Assembly (NCBI GenBank): GCA_016939335.1
Contig: JAFGHC010000029.1
Location: forward strand, 1-47,957
Length of the DNA stretch: 47,957 bases
Source of the DNA: Candidatus Saganbacteria bacterium
GTDB taxonomy: Bacteria; Margulisbacteria; WOR-1; O2-12-FULL-45-9; XYB2-FULL-48-7
Reading direction: 5' to 3'
Shown piece after piece: positions 18,927 through 26,818 of the stretch. The translations under genes and the position numbers were made by a program. Positions within the stretch are counted from its first letter, which is position 1; each line of letters begins with the position of its first letter. Under the pieces are notes generated by a model. The model was not told where the DNA came from, made no database searches, and worked only from the letters and a program-made list of their open reading frames with translations.

Positions 18927-19646
18927 ATGAGAAAGGGATTCTTGCTCTCGCTTGCCCTCACTTTGGCCCTGGTCCTGCCCGCCTGGGCGGCCCGCCCGTT
19001 AGTCACGGACGATTTCGGCACGGTCGATCCGGGGAAATACGAACTGGAGACCGGTTACAGCGCGGTAACGCCGAAAGCGGCCGGTTCAACTACCAGCAAC
19101 AATTACGGCGTATCCTTTAAACGGGGCTTCACTTCATGTTTCGACCTGGGGATCGAGGCCCCGTATTCTGCTACCAATCCGACCGGGCTAGGCGACGCCG
19201 TCCTGCACGCCAAATATAAAGCGTTAACGATCGGCGAAGACGAAGGGCTGACCGCCAGACTTGATGTTAAACTGACCAATGGCGATTCCGCTTCGGGGCT
19301 TGGCACCGGTTATACAGACTACACCCTGATGGCCATTTACTCAAAGCCGATCGCCGGCTTTAAAACGCACTACAATCTCAGCTATACCCTGGTTGGCGTA
19401 CCGTCCGGCGCGCCGGAGGCGAATATTACCGGCTACAGCGCGGCGCTGGAAAAGGAATTAACGGCGGGGATCGACGCGGTCGGAGAGTACTATGGGACCA
19501 CCATGCCCGGTGTTTCCTCAAATAATGTACAAGTCGGCGGACGCTGGCAAGCTTTGGAAGCGGTCAGGTTTGATGCCGGTTATTCCCTGGCGCTTGACGA
19601 CAATTCCGATAACGTCGCCACCGTCGGATTAACGGCGGAATTTTAG
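18927..19646 (+). CDS. Outer-membrane beta-barrel (Phenol_MetA_deg/transporter-like)
   Basis: Signal peptide ending AWA; RPLVTDD...GKYELE; alternating beta strands; terminal Phe. Confidence 0.75.
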   Translation: MRKGFLLSLALTLALVLPAWAARPLVTDDFGTVDPGKYELETGYSAVTPKAAGSTTSNNYGVSFKRGFTSCFDLGIEAPYSATNPTGLGDAVLHAKYKALTIGEDEGLTARLDVKLTNGDSASGLGTGYTDYTLMAIYSKPIAGFKTHYNLSYTLVGVPSGAPEANITGYSAALEKELTAGIDAVGEYYGTTMPGVSSNNVQVGGRWQALEAVRFDAGYSLALDDNSDNVATVGLTAEF

Positions 19647-19658
19647 GAGGCGATAAAA

Positions 19659-20363
19659 ATGCACATACCGGACGGTTTTCTCGACCCCAAAATTTCCACC
19701 GGCCTGGCCGGGCTTGCCGGCCTGGCGCTGGCCCACTGTTTTTCCAAAGTCAAGCAGGCCGCGACCGCCGTTGCGCCGCAGGCGGCGCTGGCCGCCGCCG
19801 GCAAAGGGGCGCGCCAGGTCGGCCTGGGAAGCCGGCGGGTCCTGACCAAGTTCGGTGAAAGCTTATTGATGCGCACCGCCGCGGTCGCCTCGCTGATCTT
19901 CGCGGCGCAAATGTTTAATTTCCCGATCGCCGGCGGGACATCGGGCCACCTGATCGGCGGCGTTCTGGCCGTCGTCCTGGCTGGCCCGTTCGCCGGGACG
20001 CTGGCGGTCGCCTCGGTGTTAGTCGTCCAGTCGCTTTTCTACGCTGACGGAGGGTTGCTGGCGCTGGGGGCAAACATCGTCAATATGGCGGTCGCCGGCG
20101 CGCTGGTCAGTTATTTCGTTTATTCAGGGTTAAAGAAGGTCATGCCGGAGTGGCTAAGCATCATGCTGACCGCCTGGTTTTCCGTCGTCCTGGCGGCCGC
20201 GGTCTGCGCCGCGGAGATCGCTCTTTCGGGAACGATCGCTTTCGGCACCGTCCTGCCGGCCATGCTCAAGGTCCATGTCCTGATCGGGCTGGCCGAAGCG
20301 CTGATCACGATCGCCTTAATTAACCTCTTCCGCCAAATGATGCCGGCCGGAGAAAAACAATGA
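19659..20363 (+). CDS. nikM: ECF S-component CbiM/NikM
   Basis: MHIPDGFL N-terminus, FAAQMFNFP, GTSGHLIG, DGGLLALGAN. Confidence 0.9.
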   Translation: MHIPDGFLDPKISTGLAGLAGLALAHCFSKVKQAATAVAPQAALAAAGKGARQVGLGSRRVLTKFGESLLMRTAAVASLIFAAQMFNFPIAGGTSGHLIGGVLAVVLAGPFAGTLAVASVLVVQSLFYADGGLLALGANIVNMAVAGALVSYFVYSGLKKVMPEWLSIMLTAWFSVVLAAAVCAAEIALSGTIAFGTVLPAMLKVHVLIGLAEALITIALINLFRQMMPAGEKQ

Positions 20364-20623
20364 AGAAGATCGTAATGTTATCCGGCCTGATCGCGGCCCT
20401 GGCGGCTTTCTGGGCTTCCGCCCATCCCGACGGCCTCGACAAAGTGTCGGAAACGCTCGGGTTCGCCGCCCGGGCGGTCGAGCGTCAGTCGTTCATGACC
20501 GACTACGCCCTCCCCTTCCTGCCGGCGGGGCCGATTTCGACCGCGCTGGCCGGCTTGATCGGGATTTCTATACTGCTTGGGATATTCGGCGGCGTCAAAC
20601 TTTTGGCCTCAAAAAATAAATAA
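20360..20623 (+). CDS. nikN: NikN / PDGLE-domain protein
   Basis: ASAHPDGLD motif, DY, two hydrophobic segments; overlaps the nikM stop. Confidence 0.85.
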   Translation: MKKIVMLSGLIAALAAFWASAHPDGLDKVSETLGFAARAVERQSFMTDYALPFLPAGPISTALAGLIGISILLGIFGGVKLLASKNK

Positions 20624-20626
20624 AGC

Positions 20627-20654
20627 TGAAATTTCCCGCTGTCCGCACCGAAAA
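20627..20654 (+). promoter_or_regulatory. Sigma-28-like promoter, probably leaderless
   Basis: TGAAA-N15-ACCGAAAA, ATG 6 nt downstream. Confidence 0.5.
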
Positions 20655-20660
20655 TAAGTT

Positions 20661-21485
20661 ATGACGGAGCTAGCGCCGGTCAACCGGCAACCTGCGCCTT
20701 ATAAATTTCGCGGCGGCCTTGCGGCCGCTGACGAAAAAAGCGATGGTAACAGACTGCCTGACAATGACCAGGGGATCGGGGGCAATGAAACTCCTGCCCC
20801 GACACAGGAAAAAAGGCGCGTGCGGCTGCAACTGACTTTAATTTGCTTGGATTATAACCTCTCCTGGGCCGATTACAGTCAGTTCCCGGATGATCTTAGA
20901 TACACTCCACCCCACCCCGGTGACCCCGGCGCCCGGACTGCCACGGTCGGTTTTAGCGGGCTTCACCAAAAGTCTGCGCCCGGGGTGGGGTTTGAGCTAA
21001 CCTTCGATTATCGCCAGTACTTAACCATTAATCTGGGCTGGTCTAAAACCGCCGATCAAGGTGTTTCGCCCGGCGGTTACGCCAACGACGCGGAACTCAA
21101 GGCCATTTATCTCACCGGCCAGGATGCTTTTACGTTCATCGCGATCAAACGGCAGGACTCGGCATATTTTACGGCTGGCAGTTACGCCTACTTGGACAAG
21201 AAAGAAGGGTTAGCCGTCCCAGTCGATCTCGGAGTGATCAGGAGCAGTTTCGTCTCTTATAACGGCTGGGACCGTTTCTACGCGATCGAGCCGTACCAGA
21301 GCCGGGCGGTAATAAAGTACGGGCTGACGACTGGCGCCTTCTTGCAGTATTTCAGCTTCGGGGATTCAAATAAGACCAACTTCACTTTTGGGTTCAGGAC
21401 CGGGGTGCGCTTCGATTATTTCAACTCCAAGAACTTTGCTCTCAACTTTACCGCCGTCGCCATCCCCTTCGGCCTGAATTTCTAG
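20661..21485 (+). CDS. Hypothetical protein with a beta-barrel-like C-terminal region
   Basis: 274-aa ORF filling the gap; aromatic alternating strands, terminal Phe; no obvious Sec signal peptide. Confidence 0.65.
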   Translation: MTELAPVNRQPAPYKFRGGLAAADEKSDGNRLPDNDQGIGGNETPAPTQEKRRVRLQLTLICLDYNLSWADYSQFPDDLRYTPPHPGDPGARTATVGFSGLHQKSAPGVGFELTFDYRQYLTINLGWSKTADQGVSPGGYANDAELKAIYLTGQDAFTFIAIKRQDSAYFTAGSYAYLDKKEGLAVPVDLGVIRSSFVSYNGWDRFYAIEPYQSRAVIKYGLTTGAFLQYFSFGDSNKTNFTFGFRTGVRFDYFNSKNFALNFTAVAIPFGLNF

Positions 21486-22501
21486 CGGGGTTTCGGCTCA
21501 ACCAGCGTAAAACAAACCGTCGTCCCGGCACCGGGCTGGCTCTCCAGCCAGAGCCGGCCGCCCATTTCCTCGATCGCCCGCTTGCAGAAGATAAGCCCCA
21601 GCCCGCTGCCGGTCAGCGCTCCCATCTTCCGCAGCCGCCCCTGTTCCAGCAGATCGAATAAATTTTTCAGCTCTCCACCCGGGAGGCCGCGGCCGTGGTC
21701 GATCACGTTGAAAAACAGCCCGTTCTCCTCATAATCGTTGATCTGGAGGGTCACCGCCGAGCCGGCCGGGCTGGTGGCCAGCGCGTTGCTCAAGAGGTTG
21801 ATCAGCACCCGGGTCAGCAGCTGGCGGTCGGTGACGATCGTTTCACGCTGCGCTTGATTGTCAACCTCGATCCTGACCTGCCGTATCTGCGCCAGGCCAA
21901 AGACGGTATCGAGGGACAACTGGATCAGCTCGGACAGTTTTTCCCGGCTCCAGACCAGCGGCAGCTTTCTTTTGTTCAAGCGCGCAATATCGAGGAAAGA
22001 ATCGATCAGTATCTTCATTCGCTGGGCCGAAGCCTGGCCGATCCTGACGAATTTTTCCCGGTCCCCAACCTGTTCGCGCGAACAGGCCAGTTGCAGGTTT
22101 TCCAGGGAGAAAATCATATTGGTCAGCGGCGTCTTCAGGTCATGGGCGATGAACTCGTTCAGCTCTCTGGCCTTTTTCTCGTTCTCGCGGATCAGCCGGA
22201 TAAAATAAACAAAAAGCAGAAAACCGGCGCCGCGGATCAGGATGTCCCAGTAAGGAAGCAGGAAATGGCGGCCGATCATCCCGTGGTATAGGTCGCCGGC
22301 CGTCATAAGCAGCGCGGCAGCGATCGCCAGAACTAGTCCGAAGTAAAAACCGCCCAGCCAGGCGCCCAGCGCGATCGGGGCCAGGTAAATCGTGCCGAGG
22401 GAAAACTGGTAGCTGGTCAAGTAGTCGAGATAACCGATCACGGCGATCAGCAACAGCCCGCCCAGGGTCAGCAATAATTTATTCTTGAAATCTCCCGGCA
22501 T
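21482..22501 (-). CDS. Membrane sensor histidine kinase (orphan)
   Basis: N-terminal TM helices, HDLKTPL H-box, NLLSNA, DHGRG, GSGLGL, GAGTT. Confidence 0.92.
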   Translation of the reverse strand: MPGDFKNKLLLTLGGLLLIAVIGYLDYLTSYQFSLGTIYLAPIALGAWLGGFYFGLVLAIAAALLMTAGDLYHGMIGRHFLLPYWDILIRGAGFLLFVYFIRLIRENEKKARELNEFIAHDLKTPLTNMIFSLENLQLACSREQVGDREKFVRIGQASAQRMKILIDSFLDIARLNKRKLPLVWSREKLSELIQLSLDTVFGLAQIRQVRIEVDNQAQRETIVTDRQLLTRVLINLLSNALATSPAGSAVTLQINDYEENGLFFNVIDHGRGLPGGELKNLFDLLEQGRLRKMGALTGSGLGLIFCKRAIEEMGGRLWLESQPGAGTTVCFTLVEPKPR

Positions 22502-22784
22502 TTTGACGCACCTGCCGTAATTCTAGGCCCGGGGCGGGATAAAAGCAATGGATCAGGCTCAGCTTTTTCGCCCTCGGCCAGCCCTTGATCTCGGCCTCTC
22601 TTTTCGCCGCGGCGGACCTGGTGCGGTGCTTTTCTGAATATCGGAGCTTCACGGCCGGATTGTAAGCGGTATAACGGCAGCCTTTCCCTTTCTTATGCTC
22701 ACCGAACCGGCGTTTAAGATCGGTCGTGATGCCGGTGTAAAGGGCTTTGTTGGCGCATTCGATGATGTAGACGAAGTAAGGCAT
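22479..22784 (-). CDS. GIY-YIG nuclease family protein (UPF0213-like)
   Basis: YFVYIIEC...LYTGITTDLKRRFGEH...KGCRYT...AAKREAEIK. Confidence 0.9.
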   Translation of the reverse strand: MPYFVYIIECANKALYTGITTDLKRRFGEHKKGKGCRYTAYNPAVKLRYSEKHRTRSAAAKREAEIKGWPRAKKLSLIHCFYPAPGLELRQVRQNAGRFQE

Positions 22785-22800
22785 ATACTGATTCAAGAAG

Positions 22801-22871
22801 CTGCCGGGCAGGGATTCGAACCCCGATAAATAGCTCCAAAGGCTACTGGCTTGCCGTTAGCCGACCCGGCA
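22801..22871 (-). tRNA. tRNA-Gln (UUG), CCA not encoded
   Basis: TGCCGGG acceptor pairs with CCCGGCA+G; D arm GGCT/AGCC; anticodon arm GTAGC-CTTTGGA-GCTAT; T arm CGGGG-TTCGAAT-CCCTG. Confidence 0.95.
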
Positions 22872-23559
22872 ACATTTCAACTTTCTGACCGATCGCCTCT
22901 GTCCAGCCAGCGATCCTCCTGTTAAGGCTTGTGCTTTTCTTGACGACCATCATCATCAGCCCAAAATAGTTTTTGCCGATATTCTTACGCACGGTCTTCA
23001 CCGCATGTTTCTTAAAATACACAGCATGCAAGCAATCGATTTTCAGCCTCTTCAGCCAGTATCGCCTCACGGCGTCCAGCCTGAACTTGTTGTTCTCGTG
23101 AAGGTACAGATTATATCTTATCTGATTTGCTGGCACATTACAAACGTCCAGCAGCCACCTTTTCATCAATTTCAACATCAGTGGATCGGTATTGCCGAAC
23201 TTAACGCCGGTCGCTTGCGAATTAGCTTTCTCCTTGGCCCCTTCCGCCCAGTATAACATCGTGCCCATCAGCCAAAGATGACTACGGTCAAAGCTTAGAT
23301 TATCGATCTCTCTCGCGGCGCTCTCTTTTAATCCTTGGGTGATCAGCTTTCTCTTTAATTTCTGCGCAGCCGCCCCCCTCCTGCCCGCCGCTAATTTCTT
23401 TTCGGTAATTCGATGTATCTGCCTTTTACTCAGCCCAACATCCCGCAACCATAACGATAAGGTGGATTTTGCGACCGGGATTTGTTTAAGTATCTCCCGG
23501 TAGGTATACCCCTTTTTGCGCAAACTTATCGCCTTGGTTTGCTCTTTTACTAAAGTCAT
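22843..23559 (-). CDS. HTH + LAGLIDADG-like endonuclease-fold protein
   Basis: N-terminal HTH (LRKKGYTYREI...VAKSTLSLW); LMGTMLYWAEG LAGLIDADG-like helix; FGNTDPLML; very basic; lower GC. Confidence 0.7.
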   Translation of the reverse strand: MTLVKEQTKAISLRKKGYTYREILKQIPVAKSTLSLWLRDVGLSKRQIHRITEKKLAAGRRGAAAQKLKRKLITQGLKESAAREIDNLSFDRSHLWLMGTMLYWAEGAKEKANSQATGVKFGNTDPLMLKLMKRWLLDVCNVPANQIRYNLYLHENNKFRLDAVRRYWLKRLKIDCLHAVYFKKHAVKTVRKNIGKNYFGLMMMVVKKSTSLNRRIAGWTEAIGQKVEMLPGRLTASQ

Positions 23560-23640
23560 GAACCACCCATATATTTTATGAGAATTATACTAGCGAGGTT
23601 CATAAAACTCAAGGGAGGGAACGCGGACAGGGACAAGTCC

Positions 23641-24507
23641 CTACGCCCGCTCGGCGTAGAGCTTCCTGATTATATCAATTTTCTCGACTGTCAGCTTCTG
23701 CCCCCGCCGCGCCATCATCGCCTCCGCCGCTTTAAGAAAATCTTCCAGCCGGTATTTCGTCTTCTCGTCCCACTGGAAATTGGGGACATACTTCGGCGTG
23801 ATTTTACCGCCCAGGACGTTCGCGCCCAGCCCGATCACCGCGCCGGTGGTAATGAGCGTCCCGATCCCGAGTTTAGCATAATCGCCGATAAAACAGCCGA
23901 GGAACTGCTGGCCGGAATCGACTTCTTTGCCGCCGACGCGGACCTTGACCGTCCCGTAGTTGTTCTTCAAATTGGAATTGGTCGTCCCCGCCCCCAGATT
24001 CACCCATTCCCCGACATACGAATGGCCGATAAAGCCGTAGTGCGCCTTGTTGGCGTAGCCGTGAAAGATCGAATGGGTCACTTCGCCGCCGATCCGGCAC
24101 TCCGGCCCGAGCGAAAGCGGCCCGCGCAGGTAACTGTGCGGCCGCACGATCGTGTTTCTGCCGACATAAATCGGCCCGCCCCGCGCGTCAAGCACCGCGC
24201 CGGCCTCGATCTCCGCTCCTGTTTCGATCAACATATTCTCCGGCGCGTAAAGCACGGCCGACGAATGTACTTGACCCTTGACCCCTGCCCCTATGACCCT
24301 AAGGTCATCCTCAAGGTCTTCCTTCAGGTTAACAATCAAATCCCACAGATGAGTGACTTGCCGACCCGGATGCTCGGCCAGCGTCCGCGCCCCGCAGCGC
24401 AATTCTTCAATGGAACGCAGGCAAGTTAGAGGGTAAAAGTTTTCAGTTTCTGATTTCGGATTTCGTATTTGTTTCGTATTTCGGATTTCGTATTTCGTAT
24501 TTTTCAT
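23641..24507 (-). CDS. GlmU-related sugar nucleotidyl/acetyltransferase with left-handed beta-helix, internally shortened
   Basis: FYPLT..R...ELRCG N-terminal motif; LDARGGPIYVG, IGGEV, NKAHYGFIGHSYVGEWVNLGAGTTNSNLKN. Confidence 0.8.
   Translation of the reverse strand: MKNTKYEIRNTKQIRNPKSETENFYPLTCLRSIEELRCGARTLAEHPGRQVTHLWDLIVNLKEDLEDDLRVIGAGVKGQVHSSAVLYAPENMLIETGAEIEAGAVLDARGGPIYVGRNTIVRPHSYLRGPLSLGPECRIGGEVTHSIFHGYANKAHYGFIGHSYVGEWVNLGAGTTNSNLKNNYGTVKVRVGGKEVDSGQQFLGCFIGDYAKLGIGTLITTGAVIGLGANVLGGKITPKYVPNFQWDEKTKYRLEDFLKAAEAMMARRGQKLTVEKIDIIRKLYAERA
24441..24507. repeat. Heptamer array (ATTTCGK)n forming the N-terminus of the GlmU-like ORF
   Basis: ATTTCGG/ATTTCGT units; minus strand encodes MKNTKYEIRNTKQIRNPKSETE. 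Confidence 0.88.
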
Positions 24508-25697
24508 TAGGTTTTGCGTTTGTACTTGGGGTCTTCAAAAGAATAAACAAAATGGGTGTGTGTTTCGTAGCGGCCCTCCAGGATGGCGACGACATCTTCG
24601 ATAAAGACGATCTCTTCGTCGGTCGGGATGACATAGATCTTGACCGGCGAAGCGTCGGCCGAGATCAGCGCTTCCTTCTCCCGGCTGACCGCCGCCTCGT
24701 TACGTTTGGGATCGAGCACCAGCCCGAGGTGTTCGAGCCCCTGGACCACGCTGGCGCGCAGTTTCCAGTTAAGCTCCCCCGCTCCGGCCGTGAAAACGAC
24801 CGCGTCGACGCGGCCGAGCGCCGCCAGGTAGGCGCCGATATATTTTTTCAGGCGGTAGGCCTCGATCTCGAGCGCCAGCTCCGCCCGCCGCTCGCCGGCG
24901 CCGGCGGCTTTTTCGATGTCGCGGCGGTCGCTGTACTTGCCGGTGATCCCGAGCAGGCCGCTTTTTTTGTTGAGGATGGCGTCGAGCTCTTCGGCGTAAA
25001 AACCTTCCTTTTCGATCATGAACAGGACGATCGCCGGATCGATGTCGCCGCACCGCGTCCCCATCACCGCCCCTTCCAGCGGGGTCATTCCCATGCTGGT
25101 ATCGACGGAGATCCCCTCTTTGATCGCGCCAATGCTCACGCCGTTGCCGATATGCATCGTGATCAGGTTGGTCTCAAGCGGCGGCTTGCCCAGCAGGACC
25201 GCGGCGCGGCGCGAGACATAGAGGTGCGAGGTGCCGTGAAAGCCGTAGCGGCGGACGCCGTACATCCCGTACCACTCGTAAGGGACGGCGTAAACGAAAG
25301 AATGCTCGGGCATCGTCTGATGGAACGCGGTGTCAAAGACGGCGATCTGCGGAACGCCCGGCAGGACGTCCTGGGCCGCCTCGATCCCGGCGATGTTGGG
25401 CGGGTTGTGGAGCGGCGCCAGGTCCTCCACATGCTTGATCGCCGTCAGCACTTCATCGTTGATCAGCACCGAGCTTTTGAATTTTTCGCCGCCGTGGACC
25501 ACCCGGTGGCCGACCGCCGAGATCTCGACGGCAGGCAAACTGCCGATGATCTGCTTGAGCGCCTCGCGGTGGTTGGCCGGCCCGCCAGCAACGCCGACGC
25601 GCTCGATTTCCCCTTTGGCCAAGGTTTCGCGCTTATCCCAGTGATAAAGCTTGTATTTGACGGAAGAACTGCCGCAATTGAGAGCTAGTATAATCAT
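24507..25697 (-). CDS. ackA: Acetate kinase
   Basis: LNCGSSSVKY, GHRVVHGGE, LAPLHNP, VFDTAFHQT, RRYGFHGTSH, TSMGMTPLEG, IPTDEE. Confidence 0.97.
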   Translation of the reverse strand: MIILALNCGSSSVKYKLYHWDKRETLAKGEIERVGVAGGPANHREALKQIIGSLPAVEISAVGHRVVHGGEKFKSSVLINDEVLTAIKHVEDLAPLHNPPNIAGIEAAQDVLPGVPQIAVFDTAFHQTMPEHSFVYAVPYEWYGMYGVRRYGFHGTSHLYVSRRAAVLLGKPPLETNLITMHIGNGVSIGAIKEGISVDTSMGMTPLEGAVMGTRCGDIDPAIVLFMIEKEGFYAEELDAILNKKSGLLGITGKYSDRRDIEKAAGAGERRAELALEIEAYRLKKYIGAYLAALGRVDAVVFTAGAGELNWKLRASVVQGLEHLGLVLDPKRNEAAVSREKEALISADASPVKIYVIPTDEEIVFIEDVVAILEGRYETHTHFVYSFEDPKYKRKT

Positions 25698-25705
25698 GAT
25701 TACTT

Positions 25706-25753
25706 CCCGAATTTACGAATTATGGCTCGAATGCCCGAATGATAACCCGAATG
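25706..25753. repeat. Degenerate CCGAAT(G) array in the ackA leader
   Basis: Five CGAAT-containing units at roughly 8-12 nt spacing. Confidence 0.6.
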
Positions 25754-25826
25754 TTTGTTATTATAGCACTTTTAACTTTATAGCTTAAGCGGGTGAGATG
25801 TGTTATAATAAACCTTTGAAGCTTTC

Positions 25827-26792
25827 ATGAACAAGGTCAAAGGGCTTAAATCAAAAGACCTGCTCGGCCTCAAGGACCTCGCCGTCGAGGAGATCAGCCT
25901 CATTTTAGAGACCGCCCGCTCGATGAAAGAGGTCATCTCGCGCCCAATCCCCAAAGTCCCCACCCTGCTCGGCAAGCACCTGGTCACCCTCTTTTACGAG
26001 CCGTCGACCCGCACCCGCACTTCGTTCAACCTGGCGGCCAAGGTCCTTTCGGCCAACGTGACCAACGTCGCCCTCTCCTCCTCGAGCGTGAGCAAGGGCG
26101 AGACGCTGATCGACACGGTCAAAAACCTCGAGGTCATGGGGACCGACTGCCTGATCATCCGCCACGGCCTGGGCGGCGCGCCGCACCTGGCGGCCCGCCA
26201 CACCCGCGCCTCGATCATCAACGCCGGCGACGGTTTTAACGAGCATCCGACGCAGGGGCTGCTCGACATCTTCACCATGCTCGACAAGAAAAAGAGCGTG
26301 GCCGGCAAAAAGGCCCTGATCGTCGGCGACATCGCCCATTCGCGCGTCGCCCGCTCCAACATCTGGGGGCTGACCAAACTAGGCGCGCACGTGACGGTCG
26401 TCGGCCCGCCCACGCTCATCCCGGCCGGGATCGAACAACTGGGGGTAAAAGTTTCTTACGACCTTGACGCCGAACTCAAGGACGCGGATTTCATCAATAT
26501 GCTGCGCATCCAGCGTGAACGGATGGCCAAGAGCTTTTTCCCGTCGCTCGAGGAGTATTCGGAGCTCTTCGGCCTGAACGCCGAGCGAATGCGCCGGGCC
26601 AAAAAAGACGTCATCGTCATGCATCCGGGGCCGATCAACCGCGGGGTGGAACTGACGTCAGAGGTGGCGGACGGGCCTTACAACGTCATTCTCGACCAGG
26701 TCACCAACGGCGTCGCGGTCCGCGCCGCCATCCTCTTCTTGTTGCTCGGGGGAAAGACCAGAAGGAACCACCGGGCCGTCAGCGCAAAGTGA
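25827..26792 (+). CDS. pyrB: Aspartate carbamoyltransferase catalytic subunit
   Basis: FYEPSTRTRTSF, KGETL, NAGDG..EHPTQ, HSRVARS, MHPGPINRG; TGTTATAAT at 25801-25809. Confidence 0.97.
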   Translation: MNKVKGLKSKDLLGLKDLAVEEISLILETARSMKEVISRPIPKVPTLLGKHLVTLFYEPSTRTRTSFNLAAKVLSANVTNVALSSSSVSKGETLIDTVKNLEVMGTDCLIIRHGLGGAPHLAARHTRASIINAGDGFNEHPTQGLLDIFTMLDKKKSVAGKKALIVGDIAHSRVARSNIWGLTKLGAHVTVVGPPTLIPAGIEQLGVKVSYDLDAELKDADFINMLRIQRERMAKSFFPSLEEYSELFGLNAERMRRAKKDVIVMHPGPINRGVELTSEVADGPYNVILDQVTNGVAVRAAILFLLLGGKTRRNHRAVSAK

Positions 26793-26818
26793 TCGCCGCC
26801 ATAGGGCAACGGGTTTCG

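Noticed and set aside
22801..23559. tRNA intron or integrated prophage/island at tRNA-Gln
   Set aside because: The tRNA is contiguous and complete; no integrase and no duplicated tRNA end (att site) was seen.
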